Below, one piece after another: positions 41,253-51,305 of a DNA stretch of 64,000 nucleotides (the stretch's first letter is position 1; the number at the start of each line of letters is the position of its first letter). Where the stretch lies: contig CBDBKE010000002.1 of NCBI GenBank assembly GCA_965206645.1, positions 128,001-192,000 on the forward strand, in the 5' to 3' direction. The stretch comes from Terriglobia bacterium. Its GTDB lineage: Bacteria > Acidobacteriota > Terriglobia > JAJPHL01 > JAPKYU01. Below the pieces are notes generated by a model. The model made no database searches and had not been told where the DNA came from. It worked only from the letters and a program-made list of their open reading frames with translations. The position numbers and the translations under genes are program-made.

Positions 41253-43316
41253 CTAGGGGGAGAAGCGCACGGTGACCTTGGTGTCGGAGGCCAGGGGGCT
41301 ACCGGGAGGAGGCACCTGCTGGCGGGCAACCCCCGTTCCTCGCAGCTCCACCGCCAGTCCCAGCGAGAGCGCCTGTTCGGCCACGTCGCGTACCGACTTG
41401 CCCAAGAACTCCGGCGCCACCTGTAACTGCTCCAGGTCGAGCACAACGGTTGAGCTGGCTTTCGAGGCCTTCCGGACGCCGGAAGCCGAGGCGCGAGAGG
41501 CCTTGGCCAAGTCGAGTTGGGGCGCAAAGTCGATCACCTGGGCGGCATCCACCTCCGGCTGCTCTGCTTCCGGGAGGATAGGCAGATCGCGCGGCACGCC
41601 CAGGTAGGACAACACCTGTTCGGCAATGCGCTGGAACACCGGTGCAGCCACTTCGCCGCCGTGATAGTTTCCGCGCGGGGAGTCCAGGATGACCACCATG
41701 CTGATCGCCGGCTCATTCACCGGAGCGAAGCCGACAAAGGAGGCCACGTAATCGGTCCGCGAGTAGGAGCCGGTGGCCGGGTCGGTTTTCTGTGCCGTCC
41801 CCGTCTTGCCGCCGGCTGACCAGCCGTTCAGTTGCGCCTTCCTGCCGGTGCCTACCAACACCACCTGCCGCATCATCTGCTTCACCTCCAGCGCTGTCTC
41901 GGGACTTAGCACCCGCCTGCCTTTTGGCTCCGGCGTGCCGGCGCGCAAGCCGGCGAACATCAGTGCCGCCTGCCGCCTGGGCGAGTGACGGAAGTGCTTC
42001 TGGACAATCCTGGGCTCATGGAGGATGCCGTCGTTCGCGACCGCGGAGATGGCGGTGATCAACTGCATGGCGGTGACACCCACTTCCTGGCCCATGGAGA
42101 TGGCGCCGATGGAGATCTTTGACCAGCGGTCTGGGGGCCGCAGCAGGCCCCGGGCCTCGCCGGGCAAGCCTGCCCCGGTCGGGGCGCCGAATCCGAATTT
42201 CCGGATGTAGCGGTACATGCGGTCGTTCCCCAGCCGCAGCCCCAATTTGATCGCCCCCACATCGCTGGAGTAAGCCAGGATGCGAGTGACCGTGAGGGGA
42301 CCAAATGGTTTGTGGTCACGGATCGTATGCCCGGCAATTTCGATGGACCCCATCTGGCAGTCAATGACTTCGCCGGGCCGGGTGAGCCGCTCCTCGAGCG
42401 CCGCGGCAATGGTCACCACCTTGAAGGTGGAGCCGGGCTCGTAGGCCGCCGCCACCGCCAGGTTTATCCAGGCTTTCCGGGGCGCCTGAGCGTACGCGTT
42501 CGGGTTGAAGGTGGGCCGATTGGCCAGCGCTAGAATCTGGCCGTTGCTGGGATCGAGCAGCACTACGGTGCCTGCGCGCGCCCGCGTCGTGGCCATTGCT
42601 GCCGACAATTCACGCTCGACAATGTACTGGATCTTCTCGTCGAGGGTGAGAACTACGTTCTGGCCGACCTCGGGCGGCCGCTCCGTGCGGCCATACCAGC
42701 GGCGGCGGGCGTCGGTCTGGATGAGCAGATTGCCAGCACGTCCACGGACCGTCTTGTCCAGCTTGAACTCGAGGCCCGCCAACCCGACTTCATCCACACC
42801 CACATAGCCTAGCACGTGGGCTGCCAACTCACGCTTAGGGTAAAACCGCTTGTTCTCTTTTTGAAAGTAGATGCCCTCCAGGTTGAGGGCGCGCACCCGT
42901 TCCGCCTCCAGCCGATCCACTTTCCGCTTCACCCAACAGAAGTTGCGGCTGGACTTCATGCGCGCCAGCAAGTCACCTTCGTTCAACCCGAGCACGCCCG
43001 CTAGTAACGCGGCGACGTTTTTCGGTGCGGGGATCTCCGACGGGACCGCGAAGACCGAGTCTACCGAAACACTCCTGGCCAGCTCGTGAAAATTGCGGTC
43101 GTAGATGACGCCCCGCTTCGGACTGACCTCAATAGTGCGTTGCTGCTGCCGCTGCGCTTTGCTCAGGAACTCGGTGTGACGAACAACCTGGAGCTGCACC
43201 AAGCGAACGGCTTCAGCCGCCATCCAAAGGACGAAGATAGCAATGAGCACCGGGTAGCGGACGGAGGCAGAGGGAGCGCTTTCGGAAGCGCCCCGGCGGT
43301 CGGCTACCGGAAGCAT
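41253..43316 (-). CDS. ftsI: Class B PBP (FtsI/PBP3) with PASTA domain
   Basis: RGVIYDRN; STFK, SSD and KTG motifs; dcw context. Confidence 0.93.
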   Translation of the reverse strand: MLPVADRRGASESAPSASVRYPVLIAIFVLWMAAEAVRLVQLQVVRHTEFLSKAQRQQQRTIEVSPKRGVIYDRNFHELARSVSVDSVFAVPSEIPAPKNVAALLAGVLGLNEGDLLARMKSSRNFCWVKRKVDRLEAERVRALNLEGIYFQKENKRFYPKRELAAHVLGYVGVDEVGLAGLEFKLDKTVRGRAGNLLIQTDARRRWYGRTERPPEVGQNVVLTLDEKIQYIVERELSAAMATTRARAGTVVLLDPSNGQILALANRPTFNPNAYAQAPRKAWINLAVAAAYEPGSTFKVVTIAAALEERLTRPGEVIDCQMGSIEIAGHTIRDHKPFGPLTVTRILAYSSDVGAIKLGLRLGNDRMYRYIRKFGFGAPTGAGLPGEARGLLRPPDRWSKISIGAISMGQEVGVTAMQLITAISAVANDGILHEPRIVQKHFRHSPRRQAALMFAGLRAGTPEPKGRRVLSPETALEVKQMMRQVVLVGTGRKAQLNGWSAGGKTGTAQKTDPATGSYSRTDYVASFVGFAPVNEPAISMVVILDSPRGNYHGGEVAAPVFQRIAEQVLSYLGVPRDLPILPEAEQPEVDAAQVIDFAPQLDLAKASRASASGVRKASKASSTVVLDLEQLQVAPEFLGKSVRDVAEQALSLGLAVELRGTGVARQQVPPPGSPLASDTKVTVRFSP

Positions 43317-43325
43317 GGGCTTCGC

Positions 43326-43841
43326 TTAGGGAACAACGGCCGGAAGCGCGGCCCCGACCGACTGGGCTCCGACGGACTGGGAAAGAGGCGGGGGATGCAC
43401 GGCGGCGAACACCGCTCCGTCCGAGCCGTCCGGCAGTGGCTCCAGAGGCCGCATCTGGCTGGGCGTCGGCGTGGCGAAACCGAGCTGCGCGCGGGCAATA
43501 GCATCCACCCGCTCCGGGTTCCGGAGCGACGATTCTTCCAGGTGCAGTTGCCGGTTGGCTTCCAGCAGTTGCTCGCGCTGCCCCTTCAGCTCCTCCAGGC
43601 GGTAGCCGCTCCGGATGATCGCGAATCGCTGGTAGGCGGAGGCCAGGATGGCGGCCGACAGCAGCAGGCTGACCAGCACCAGGCGGTGCTGCGCGCGCCG
43701 CTCCCGCGGATCGGCCACCTTGACCAGCCGTGAGTTGTCAATCTTCTGTGGGAGGGAGAAAGCGTCAGCTCGAACGACGCATTGCGGAAGACGCCGCCCG
43801 GTCGGGGGGGGTAGGTTCGGGAACCGAAATGCATCTGCCAT
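43326..43841 (-). CDS. ftsL: Cell division protein FtsL
   Basis: Single TM plus coiled coil ending PERVDAIARAQLG, between rsmH and ftsI. Confidence 0.85.
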   Translation of the reverse strand: MADAFRFPNLPPPTGRRLPQCVVRADAFSLPQKIDNSRLVKVADPRERRAQHRLVLVSLLLSAAILASAYQRFAIIRSGYRLEELKGQREQLLEANRQLHLEESSLRNPERVDAIARAQLGFATPTPSQMRPLEPLPDGSDGAVFAAVHPPPLSQSVGAQSVGAALPAVVP

Positions 43842-43847
43842 GGAGCC

Positions 43848-44819
43848 TTAACCTTTCTTCAGGTTTGCCGAGTTTGTGCGGCCGCCGGCGGCCGAGATTT
43901 CCGCTGCGCGGAGCTTGGCGCTGCGCGCCCTGGGGTTGGCTTGAACCTCCGAGGGCGACGGCACCACCACGTGCCGGGTCAAGATGCGCGCGAATCCCTC
44001 AGCCTGCCACTGCCGATACGATTGCTTTACGATTCGGTCTTCCAAAGAATGAAAGCTGATGACGACGATTCTGGCACCCGGCCGAAAGGTGCGGGAAGAA
44101 GGTAAGGAAGCCAGCATGGCCTCGAGCTCGCCCAGTTCATTGTTCACGAAGATGCGCAGAGCCTGAAACGTGCGCGTAGCCGGATGGAGCCCTCGACGAC
44201 GCGATGGCCCGGACGCGGCCTGAACAATTTCTGCCAACTGCTTGGTGCTCCGCAGCGGCCGCGCCCGGACAATCGCTCTGGCGATTTTCCTCGACCTCCT
44301 TTCTTCTCCGAATTTGTAAATCAAATCGGCCAGCTCGCGCTCGCCGGTTCGATTTACGACTTCTGCGGCGGTTCGGGGCTGAGCTGGATCCATGCGCATG
44401 TCGAGCGGCCCCTCCGTCGCAAAACTGAAGCCCCGCTGGGGATTGTCCAACTGCATCCGGGAGAGGCCGAGGTCGGCCAGCAGGCCATCGGCCGGCGCGG
44501 CACCCTGTTGCCGCGTGGTCTCAACCAGATCTTCGAAGTGGGCTTGCACCAGCTTCACCTTGTTCCCCAACTCTGTGTTCCCCAACTCTGTGTTCCCCAA
44601 TTCGGCGTTCCCGAATTCGGCCAGCCTCTGCCGCGCCAGCTCAAGAGCTTGTGGATCGCGATCCAGCGCCAGCAGCCGGCCGGTGGTCAATCTCCGGGCG
44701 ATCTCGGCGCTGTGCCCTCCAGCCCCCACCGTGCAGTCCACGTAGGTTCCTTCGGGCCGGATGGCCAAGTACTCCAGCGCCTCGCGCAACAGCACCGGAA
44801 CGTGCCCGGACAGGGCCAA
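43848..44819 (-). CDS. rsmH: 16S rRNA m4C1402 methyltransferase
   Basis: HVPVLLRE, DCTVGAGGHS, PLDMRMD, FQALRIFVN and SFHSLEDR motifs. Confidence 0.98.
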   Translation of the reverse strand: MALSGHVPVLLREALEYLAIRPEGTYVDCTVGAGGHSAEIARRLTTGRLLALDRDPQALELARQRLAEFGNAELGNTELGNTELGNKVKLVQAHFEDLVETTRQQGAAPADGLLADLGLSRMQLDNPQRGFSFATEGPLDMRMDPAQPRTAAEVVNRTGERELADLIYKFGEERRSRKIARAIVRARPLRSTKQLAEIVQAASGPSRRRGLHPATRTFQALRIFVNNELGELEAMLASLPSSRTFRPGARIVVISFHSLEDRIVKQSYRQWQAEGFARILTRHVVVPSPSEVQANPRARSAKLRAAEISAAGGRTNSANLKKG

Positions 44820-44822
44820 TCC

Positions 44823-45266
44823 TTAAATCCCCAACTGCTCCAGCAGCCCCTCGTCCTCAGACGTAATCGGGTTCTGCTCGATCCTCTCCTTCACGAAGCG
44901 CTCGCGATTCCACACTTCCAGGAAGGCCAGGTTGCCGAGCACCGCCACATCGCCTTTCATCTCGGCCTCTTCCCGCAAAACAGCGGGAATCAGCACTCGG
45001 CCCTGCTTGTCCATTTCTACCAGTTGGCCAAAGTAGTTGGTCCGGTCCAGGAACTTGCGGCGCGTGCGGTTGAACGAAGAAGCCGCCTGGAGTTTCTCTT
45101 CCAGCTTGTTCCACTCTTCCAGGGGATAAATGCGAACGTACTGACCGTCCAGGCTGGTGATATAAAAATGTTTTCCGTAGTTCTCTTCCAGGTCGTCTTT
45201 GAAGGGGGCGGGAACCTTCAGCCGCCCTTTCTCGTCTACTCGCGCCGGGTAGTTGCCTCGAAGCAT
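44823..45266 (-). CDS. mraZ: dcw transcriptional regulator MraZ
   Basis: Two DxxGR motifs (DEKGR, DKQGR); upstream of rsmH. Confidence 0.96.
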   Translation of the reverse strand: MLRGNYPARVDEKGRLKVPAPFKDDLEENYGKHFYITSLDGQYVRIYPLEEWNKLEEKLQAASSFNRTRRKFLDRTNYFGQLVEMDKQGRVLIPAVLREEAEMKGDVAVLGNLAFLEVWNRERFVKERIEQNPITSEDEGLLEQLGI

Positions 45267-45329
45267 CGGTCACGCCCGTTTCAAAACTGCCTGGTACCGT
45301 CAGCCAATGCGGTCCGTCAGGCCACAGCT

Positions 45330-45512
45330 TCACTCGTCGAAGCACTGCTCGGACTCCCTCTCGCCTTCCAAGAGCCGGTCCAATTCCACGGTAGCCACGT
45401 TGTAGTCATCTGCGTCCCAAACGATGCGCCCGTGCGCTCGCATGTTCTGGTTGGCTGCGTCGGTGGCCGCAGCCCATGCCATCTCCTGCCGCAGCTCGCT
45501 CACTGGTGTCAT
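45330..45512 (-). CDS. 60-aa hypothetical protein in the mraZ leader
   Basis: MTPVSELRQEMAWAAATDAANQNMRAHGRIVWDADDYNVATVELDRLL...; GAGGGAAG SD; co-oriented with mraZ. Confidence 0.55.
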   Translation of the reverse strand: MTPVSELRQEMAWAAATDAANQNMRAHGRIVWDADDYNVATVELDRLLEGERESEQCFDE

Positions 45513-45638
45513 TTTGCTTCCCTCAGCCGCGCTTCCCTCAGCCACTCTGGCCGTGCATCCTCCGAGCCGACGATAAGCTTGACCCTGACCCGGATGTCCC
45601 ACTTACAGGAGAGTTCGGGGCCAGCCCGTTCATGCCCC

Positions 45639-45692
45639 TCCACTTATCACCACTTTCGCCCACTTTTTACCCTTTCCACCCACAACTGTCAA
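45639..45692 (-). promoter_or_regulatory. dcw promoter with MraZ-binding direct repeats
   Basis: TTGACA-N17-TAAAAA overlapped by GTGG(G) repeats at 10-bp period (starting 45683, 45663, 45653, 45643). Confidence 0.8.
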
Positions 45693-45809
45693 GGGAAATT
45701 TTGGCCTCCCCGTAACCCAGGCCGTGGAGATAGCCCGGCTACGACTGGTTGAGGAATCTAGGGGTTGGCTGTCTATATGTGGTATGGAACGGGGTGGTAC
45801 ACGGCCATC

Positions 45810-46358
45810 CTACCCTGTCAAGACACTAGCACGCCCAAGTTGAAGTTCAGCTAGGTCGATCCAATCGCCCGCATTGTTCTGGCGTACGAAGGTCAGCGTC
45901 CTTGCCGGATGGCAGCGGGGCCCGGCATAGGCGGCAAATCCGCTGGAAACCTGGGCGAACACATCCAGGATGCGTTGCTCGCTCAGATCCTGGGCGATGG
46001 TGATGTGTGGGACGAACTCGAGCGGCTCCGGGCAGGCTAGGTATCCACGGTTCAAAGTCTGGTGCAAGCGGCGCAATTGGTCGGCCCCCTGCCTGAGCCC
46101 CAGGTAGACAACGCTATGAACGGGGAGGAAGGTCTGTACGCTGCCGACCTCCAGCTCGAAAGGTTCCCACCCGACGCACTGCGCGCGTGCCTCTTCCGCA
46201 GCCGCCTCCTCGGAAATGACCAGCGGGCGAGGCGGAAGTACCGTCACGTGGGCACCCTTGCCTGCGTATTCGGGGTTGAGCTGCTCCCGGAGGCGGTTCA
46301 CAAATTGGGCCAGAGGACCATGCAGGTAGACGACAATGGCGTAGGTTTGCTCCTGCAT
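45810..46358 (-). CDS. 2H phosphoesterase (2'-5' RNA ligase family)
   Basis: Two HxT motifs (HVTV, HITI); an upstream TTGACA...TATTGT suggests its own promoter. Confidence 0.85.
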   Translation of the reverse strand: MQEQTYAIVVYLHGPLAQFVNRLREQLNPEYAGKGAHVTVLPPRPLVISEEAAAEEARAQCVGWEPFELEVGSVQTFLPVHSVVYLGLRQGADQLRRLHQTLNRGYLACPEPLEFVPHITIAQDLSEQRILDVFAQVSSGFAAYAGPRCHPARTLTFVRQNNAGDWIDLAELQLGRASVLTG

Positions 46359-46463
46359 TCGATCTAGAAACACAATACGGGCAGAACGTTAAAAATGTCA
46401 ACGCAGCCCTTGCCCCACCGGGCGCGGATAACCAAGCGAGTCACTGTCCCGGAGCCGACAACT

Positions 46464-47867
46464 TCACTCCGGCCGGAGCGTGCGGAGGTCGATGCTGAGC
46501 TGCCTGCATTTCTTGTGAAAGTGGCTGCGCTCCAAGCCCAAGGTGCGAGCGGTCGGCGCGATCTGGTAGCCGTGCTGTTCCAGCGCCTCCAGCACCACCT
46601 GCCGCTCAACCTCTTCCATGGTTTCTTTCAAGGGGCGGCCGCGGAAGCCAAATTGGCCGGAGTCGCGACTGGAGGCTCGACCGGAGGCACCGGGCGCTGT
46701 GCCTAGCAACTCATCCACCAGCGGGCCAGCGATTTCGCCCCCGCGTGCCAGAATCAACGCCCGTTCCACCACGTTCCGCAGTTCCCGCACATTGCCCGGC
46801 CAGCCGTAGCGGACCAGCCGCTCTAGGGCCTCAGGCGCGATGCGCGCCTCCTTCCAGTTGTTCCTCAGGGCGATCTCGCGGGCGAAGTGCTCGGCCAGCA
46901 GCGGTATGTCCTCCAGACGTTCGCGCAACGGCGGCACAGCGATGGGGAAGACGTAGATGCGGTGGAGGAGGTCTTCGCGGAACTGGCCGGCGGCGATCAG
47001 GCGGCGCAAATCCTTGTTGGTGGCAGTCACCACTCGGACGTCGGCGGAAATCATCCGATGGGAACCGATGCGTTCGAACTGGCGCTCCTGCAGCACGCGC
47101 AGCAGCTTGGCCTGCATCGGCGCAGGCATGTCGCCGATCTCGTCCAGGAACAGTGTTCCCCCGTTGGCCGCCTCGAACTTGCCGATGTGTCGGCTGACGG
47201 CCCCGGTGAAGGAACCCTTCTCGTGGCCGAACAACTCACTCTCGATGAGTTCGGCCGGCACGGCGGCGCAGTTGAGCTGGACGAAGGTGCCGTCGCGGCG
47301 CGGGCTGGTGCGGTGGATGGCGCGAGCCACCAGCTCCTTCCCTACCCCGGTTTCGCCCAGAATGCAGACGGTTGAGTCGGTGGGCGCCACCAGCTCCACC
47401 TGGGAGGCGACTTGCTGCATCGCTCGGCTGCGAAACAGCAGCTCGCCGCCGCCCATCTGGCCTCCCACCTGGCGGCGGAGTTCGACGTTCTCTTCTTCCA
47501 GGCGGCGCAGGCGCACCGCGTTCTCCACTGTCACCAGCAGCTTTTGCGCCGAGACCGGCTTTTCCAGGAAATCAATGGCGCCGGAGCGCGTGGCGCTGAC
47601 GGCAATCTCAATGTTGGCCTGGCCGGAGATCATCACGACCGGCAGGTCCGGGCGCTCGCGGCGGATCGCTTCCAGCAGTTCCAGCCCGCTGGTCCCGGGC
47701 ATCACCACGTCGGAAACCACAGCATCCACGCTGTTCTCGCGCAGTCGCTGAAGCGCCGTTCCAGCCGATTCGGCGACCACCGCTTCCAACCCCTCCATGC
47801 GAAACGCCCGCGCCAGCTGCGCCAGCGTGTTGGGGTCGTCATCCACGATCAGGATTTTCAATTTCAT
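46464..47867 (-). CDS. Sigma54-dependent response regulator (NtrC/NtrX family)
   Basis: REC domain (DDD, DVVMP, EKP); Walker A GETGVGKE; ESELFGHEKGSFTGA; WPGNVREL; Fis HTH. Confidence 0.96.
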   Translation of the reverse strand: MKLKILIVDDDPNTLAQLARAFRMEGLEAVVAESAGTALQRLRENSVDAVVSDVVMPGTSGLELLEAIRRERPDLPVVMISGQANIEIAVSATRSGAIDFLEKPVSAQKLLVTVENAVRLRRLEEENVELRRQVGGQMGGGELLFRSRAMQQVASQVELVAPTDSTVCILGETGVGKELVARAIHRTSPRRDGTFVQLNCAAVPAELIESELFGHEKGSFTGAVSRHIGKFEAANGGTLFLDEIGDMPAPMQAKLLRVLQERQFERIGSHRMISADVRVVTATNKDLRRLIAAGQFREDLLHRIYVFPIAVPPLRERLEDIPLLAEHFAREIALRNNWKEARIAPEALERLVRYGWPGNVRELRNVVERALILARGGEIAGPLVDELLGTAPGASGRASSRDSGQFGFRGRPLKETMEEVERQVVLEALEQHGYQIAPTARTLGLERSHFHKKCRQLSIDLRTLRPE

Positions 47868-49699
47868 GATGAGGAGAGCTCGATGCGGAAGCGAGTCCCT
47901 TTCTGGGGGGCGCTTTCCACCGTGATGCGGCCGCCGTGGTCGGCTACTATCGACTGCACGATGGCCAATCCCAGTCCTGTGCCGTGCTGCTTGGTGGTGT
48001 AATAGGGACTAAAGACGCGCTGCTGCTCGTCTTCGTTAAGTCCCCGGCCGGTGTCGGCGACTTCCACGACGGCGCGGCCGTTGTGGGTGAAGACACACAG
48101 TTCTAGACGGCCGCCGCCGGGCATAGCGTCCAGTGCGTTCAATACCAGGTTTCCCAGGGCCTGGCTCACCAGGTAGGGATCGGCGTGGGCCACTACGGGT
48201 TCCTGGGCCAGCTGCAAATCCAGCGCGATGCTCTCCTGACGGATGCGCGCTTCGTACAGGCGCGCCGTCTTTTCAAGCAGGCCCCTCAAGTCAGTCTGCT
48301 CCGGCTCCGGCCGCGGCATCCGGGCAAAATCATTGAAGCGCGCCACAATCTGTTTTAGCTCCTCGAGTTCGGCCAGAAGCGTGGTCGTTCCTTCCTCAAA
48401 GACTTCGTTGAAGTTGGCCGGATCGGTCTGGCAGGCACGGCGCAGGTTCTCAATCGAGAGCTGGAGCGGGAACAACGGGTTCTTCAGCTCGTGGGCCAGG
48501 CGGCGGGCCAGCTCGCGCCAAGCGGCCACTCGCTCGGCTTGCATCAGACGCTCACGATGTTCTCGCAGGCTGGAGGCCATCTGGTTGAACGCGCCTGAGA
48601 GACGGGCCATCTCATCATCTCCGCGCAGCCGGATGCGGTACTCCAGATTGCCGCCAGCCACCTCCCGGGAGGCACGTACCAGATCGGCGACCGGGGCGGT
48701 GATTCTGTGGGCCAGCACCACCGTCAGCACCATGGCAGCCAGCAACCCTAACGCCCCGGCCACCACGGCCGCCCAATACAGCGAGCGGATCACCTGGACC
48801 CGTTCGGCCCCCGATACGGTGACCACCAGGGCGCCCAGCGTGGTTCCGGCAACGTCGCGAATCGGTGTGCCTGCGACGCTGGAGGGCGCAGTCACGCCTT
48901 CCGCGCGCACCAGTTCGCCCCGGTACTCCGCGCCAGAAAGGACCACGCGTTCTGCGACGAGGCGTAGGGCTTCCCCGACGCCGGGCCCTCGTCGGCTCTG
49001 CTGCTCGCCGGCAGCTTCCCGCTGGAACGCCGTGGGCGCGGGCCGCCGGCCGGCCGCCCCGGACATGGGCACCAGTTGCCCCTGCTCGGCCAGGCGGAAC
49101 AGAACCACATGTTCCAAGCCTGCCTGGCTGAGTTCGCTGACGAAGGACTCGTCCAGAGGGTACCCACCTATCAGGTACAGCTGACGCGCCCCGAGGCCGA
49201 GCTCGCGCACCACCTCGACTGCCAGCACCTGCCCCGAGGGCAACTCCTCCAGGCGCACAAAGGGGGTCTTGCGCGAGACCAGTCGCGCCAAGCCTGGTTC
49301 TCGGTAGCCGGCGCGCGCCTGCCACTGGGCCGAAGAGAGGATTGTTCCGTCCTCTGCGATCAGTTGCAGCAGGTCCAGCTCGTGAGCGCGTGCCAGCGTG
49401 GATGCTTCCGTCAGGAAAACGCCTGGAGCGGGGGTTCCCTGCGGCGACTGGTTCAGTGCGATCGCCATCCGGGTGGCGGCTTCGCTTTCCGAGGCCGCAG
49501 TCACACGCCGGCCCGCCAGCTCGCCGCGGCGCTGGATGCTCGCCTGCGCCTGCCCCAGTACCCCTTCGATTCGTTCCCGGTCGCTGCGAAGGAAGGAAGC
49601 CCCCACCAGCCGCGTGGCCACGAATGCCACGACCGCCACCGCCACCACGGTGGTGACGCCAAACGCCAACAGCAACTTCCAGCGGAAACTCAAGCGCAT
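47864..49699 (-). CDS. Membrane sensor histidine kinase with HAMP domain (NtrY-like)
   Basis: Two TMs flanking a periplasmic domain; H-box AHELKNPL; N, G1, F and G2 boxes; ATGA overlap with the regulator. Confidence 0.95.
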   Translation of the reverse strand: MRLSFRWKLLLAFGVTTVVAVAVVAFVATRLVGASFLRSDRERIEGVLGQAQASIQRRGELAGRRVTAASESEAATRMAIALNQSPQGTPAPGVFLTEASTLARAHELDLLQLIAEDGTILSSAQWQARAGYREPGLARLVSRKTPFVRLEELPSGQVLAVEVVRELGLGARQLYLIGGYPLDESFVSELSQAGLEHVVLFRLAEQGQLVPMSGAAGRRPAPTAFQREAAGEQQSRRGPGVGEALRLVAERVVLSGAEYRGELVRAEGVTAPSSVAGTPIRDVAGTTLGALVVTVSGAERVQVIRSLYWAAVVAGALGLLAAMVLTVVLAHRITAPVADLVRASREVAGGNLEYRIRLRGDDEMARLSGAFNQMASSLREHRERLMQAERVAAWRELARRLAHELKNPLFPLQLSIENLRRACQTDPANFNEVFEEGTTTLLAELEELKQIVARFNDFARMPRPEPEQTDLRGLLEKTARLYEARIRQESIALDLQLAQEPVVAHADPYLVSQALGNLVLNALDAMPGGGRLELCVFTHNGRAVVEVADTGRGLNEDEQQRVFSPYYTTKQHGTGLGLAIVQSIVADHGGRITVESAPQKGTRFRIELSSS

Positions 49700-49784
49700 G
49701 GTTGGCGCTCATCCAGGGATCGCGCGGACGACGGGAATCCGCTAGGAGATCTTCGGCTTCCCGATGGCATAAGGCCGACGCGGG

Positions 49785-51305
49785 TTATCGCTTCCAAGCA
49801 TTGGCCAAGTCCAGCATACCACTTTCCCTCAGGCGCACCTGTTCCAGGCCGGACTGGAAACTGTACTGGTCGCGGCAATGAAGCAGCGGGATCAGGCGCA
49901 GATCCTCCAGCGCCGCTCTCTCCAGCCGGTACTGGAGCTCAATCGAGCGGCCTGGCTGGAACAGTTCCACCGGAACCCGCTCCGGGGTGTGGCGAGACAG
50001 CAGGTCGGCCAGAGCGGCCGCAGGGTGTTCTACACGCAGGGACACCGATTCCAGGAACAGGTCATAGCGGCCCGCTTGCCGGGCCTGTCTGAAGCCGGCG
50101 CCAGGGAGGCCCTGCGGGCGCAACTCCATCCCCACGCCGCGCAAGTCCAATGCGAGCCGCGAAGCAGCCAGTTCTGCTACCGGATCGGCCGCGTCATAGA
50201 TCAACCGAAGCGGTCCCCGAGGCAGCGCACCGGCGGGCTGTGGTAGAGGCCGGGCCGGCGCAGCCTTTCGCCAAGCTCCGAACCCAAGCAGAAAATCGTA
50301 GCCGCTCACCCAACCCGGCAAGAATGCCTTTGCCGCACGGGCCCGCCCCGGCGGCAGCAGGCCGGCGAGCGCTTCCCGGTCCAATACGGCCAGCAGCGCC
50401 TGGCGGGCAGCGAGCCCGCCCTGCCCGCCTCCGCGCAAGAACGCCGTGGTAGGGGAAAAGCCCAGCAGCAGCAGGTTGGAAGGAGGCGTAGCGCGCACCT
50501 GGCCTGGGGCACGAGCTTCCGTGGGCACTGCTACAAGCACGTCCACGCGCTTCAGTTCGAAATCGACCCGCTGCCGCCGCGGGTCGGTTCCGAATCTTGC
50601 TTCAATTGCGTCCAGGAAGGGCCGGCCCTGCCGGTACTCGTCGAATGCTTCCAGTCGAGCACGAGTTCCCAGCGACCAGGAGGCCAGCTTCCAGGGGCCG
50701 GTACCGGCTCCGTCAGACTCGGCGCTGGCCAGAGCCGGATCGGCCAGCAGCTTCGGCAGCGCCGCTATGGGCTTAGCCAGGTTGCAGGTCAGGCGGTTCG
50801 GGGAAGGCGATGCGCACCTGAATCGCGCGCGGCGCAGGTAAGCTGCGCTAGCCGTCTGCGCCCGGGCCACTGCCCGTTCCAGGGAGGCCTGCACCGATGC
50901 CGCATTCAGAGGCGCTCCATTGTGGAACCGGATGCCGGGACGCAATTGAAAGACCCAGCGCTTGCCCCCCAATTCTGCATGCCAACGAGCGGCCAGCCCC
51001 GGCGCGGCAGCCATGGCTCTGCCCTCCCGATCATCCCCCTCCCGATCATCCCCTTCCCGATCATCCAACACCACCAGGGTCTCGTAGAGGGTGCGGGCGA
51101 GGAGGCGTTCGGGCAGCGTGGTAGCTGCCGTAGGGTCGTAAGTCTCCGCGGTTTGGTAAAAAACCAGCCGGAGGGTGCCGCCGTAGCGCGGTCGAGCGGC
51201 GCCGGACAACTGCAGCACCTCGCTGAAAATGCAGGCGCAAATCAACAAGGCTTGCCGAGCACGAATCCGGCGCTTGCCCTGTGGCCGCAGCTTCACGGCG
51301 AGCAC
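49785..51305 (-). CDS. Family 5 (Opp/Dpp-type) solute-binding protein, no adjacent permease
   Basis: RPRYGGTLR, LYETLV, PGLA, FQLRPGIRFHNG, GTGPW and GRPFLDAI motifs. Confidence 0.85.
   Translation of the reverse strand: MLAVKLRPQGKRRIRARQALLICACIFSEVLQLSGAARPRYGGTLRLVFYQTAETYDPTAATTLPERLLARTLYETLVVLDDREGDDREGDDREGRAMAAAPGLAARWHAELGGKRWVFQLRPGIRFHNGAPLNAASVQASLERAVARAQTASAAYLRRARFRCASPSPNRLTCNLAKPIAALPKLLADPALASAESDGAGTGPWKLASWSLGTRARLEAFDEYRQGRPFLDAIEARFGTDPRRQRVDFELKRVDVLVAVPTEARAPGQVRATPPSNLLLLGFSPTTAFLRGGGQGGLAARQALLAVLDREALAGLLPPGRARAAKAFLPGWVSGYDFLLGFGAWRKAAPARPLPQPAGALPRGPLRLIYDAADPVAELAASRLALDLRGVGMELRPQGLPGAGFRQARQAGRYDLFLESVSLRVEHPAAALADLLSRHTPERVPVELFQPGRSIELQYRLERAALEDLRLIPLLHCRDQYSFQSGLEQVRLRESGMLDLANAWKR

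Noticed and set aside
45752-45785. NrdR-box-like CTATATGTGG
   Set aside because: Degenerate match with no properly spaced second box and no nucleotide-reduction gene nearby.
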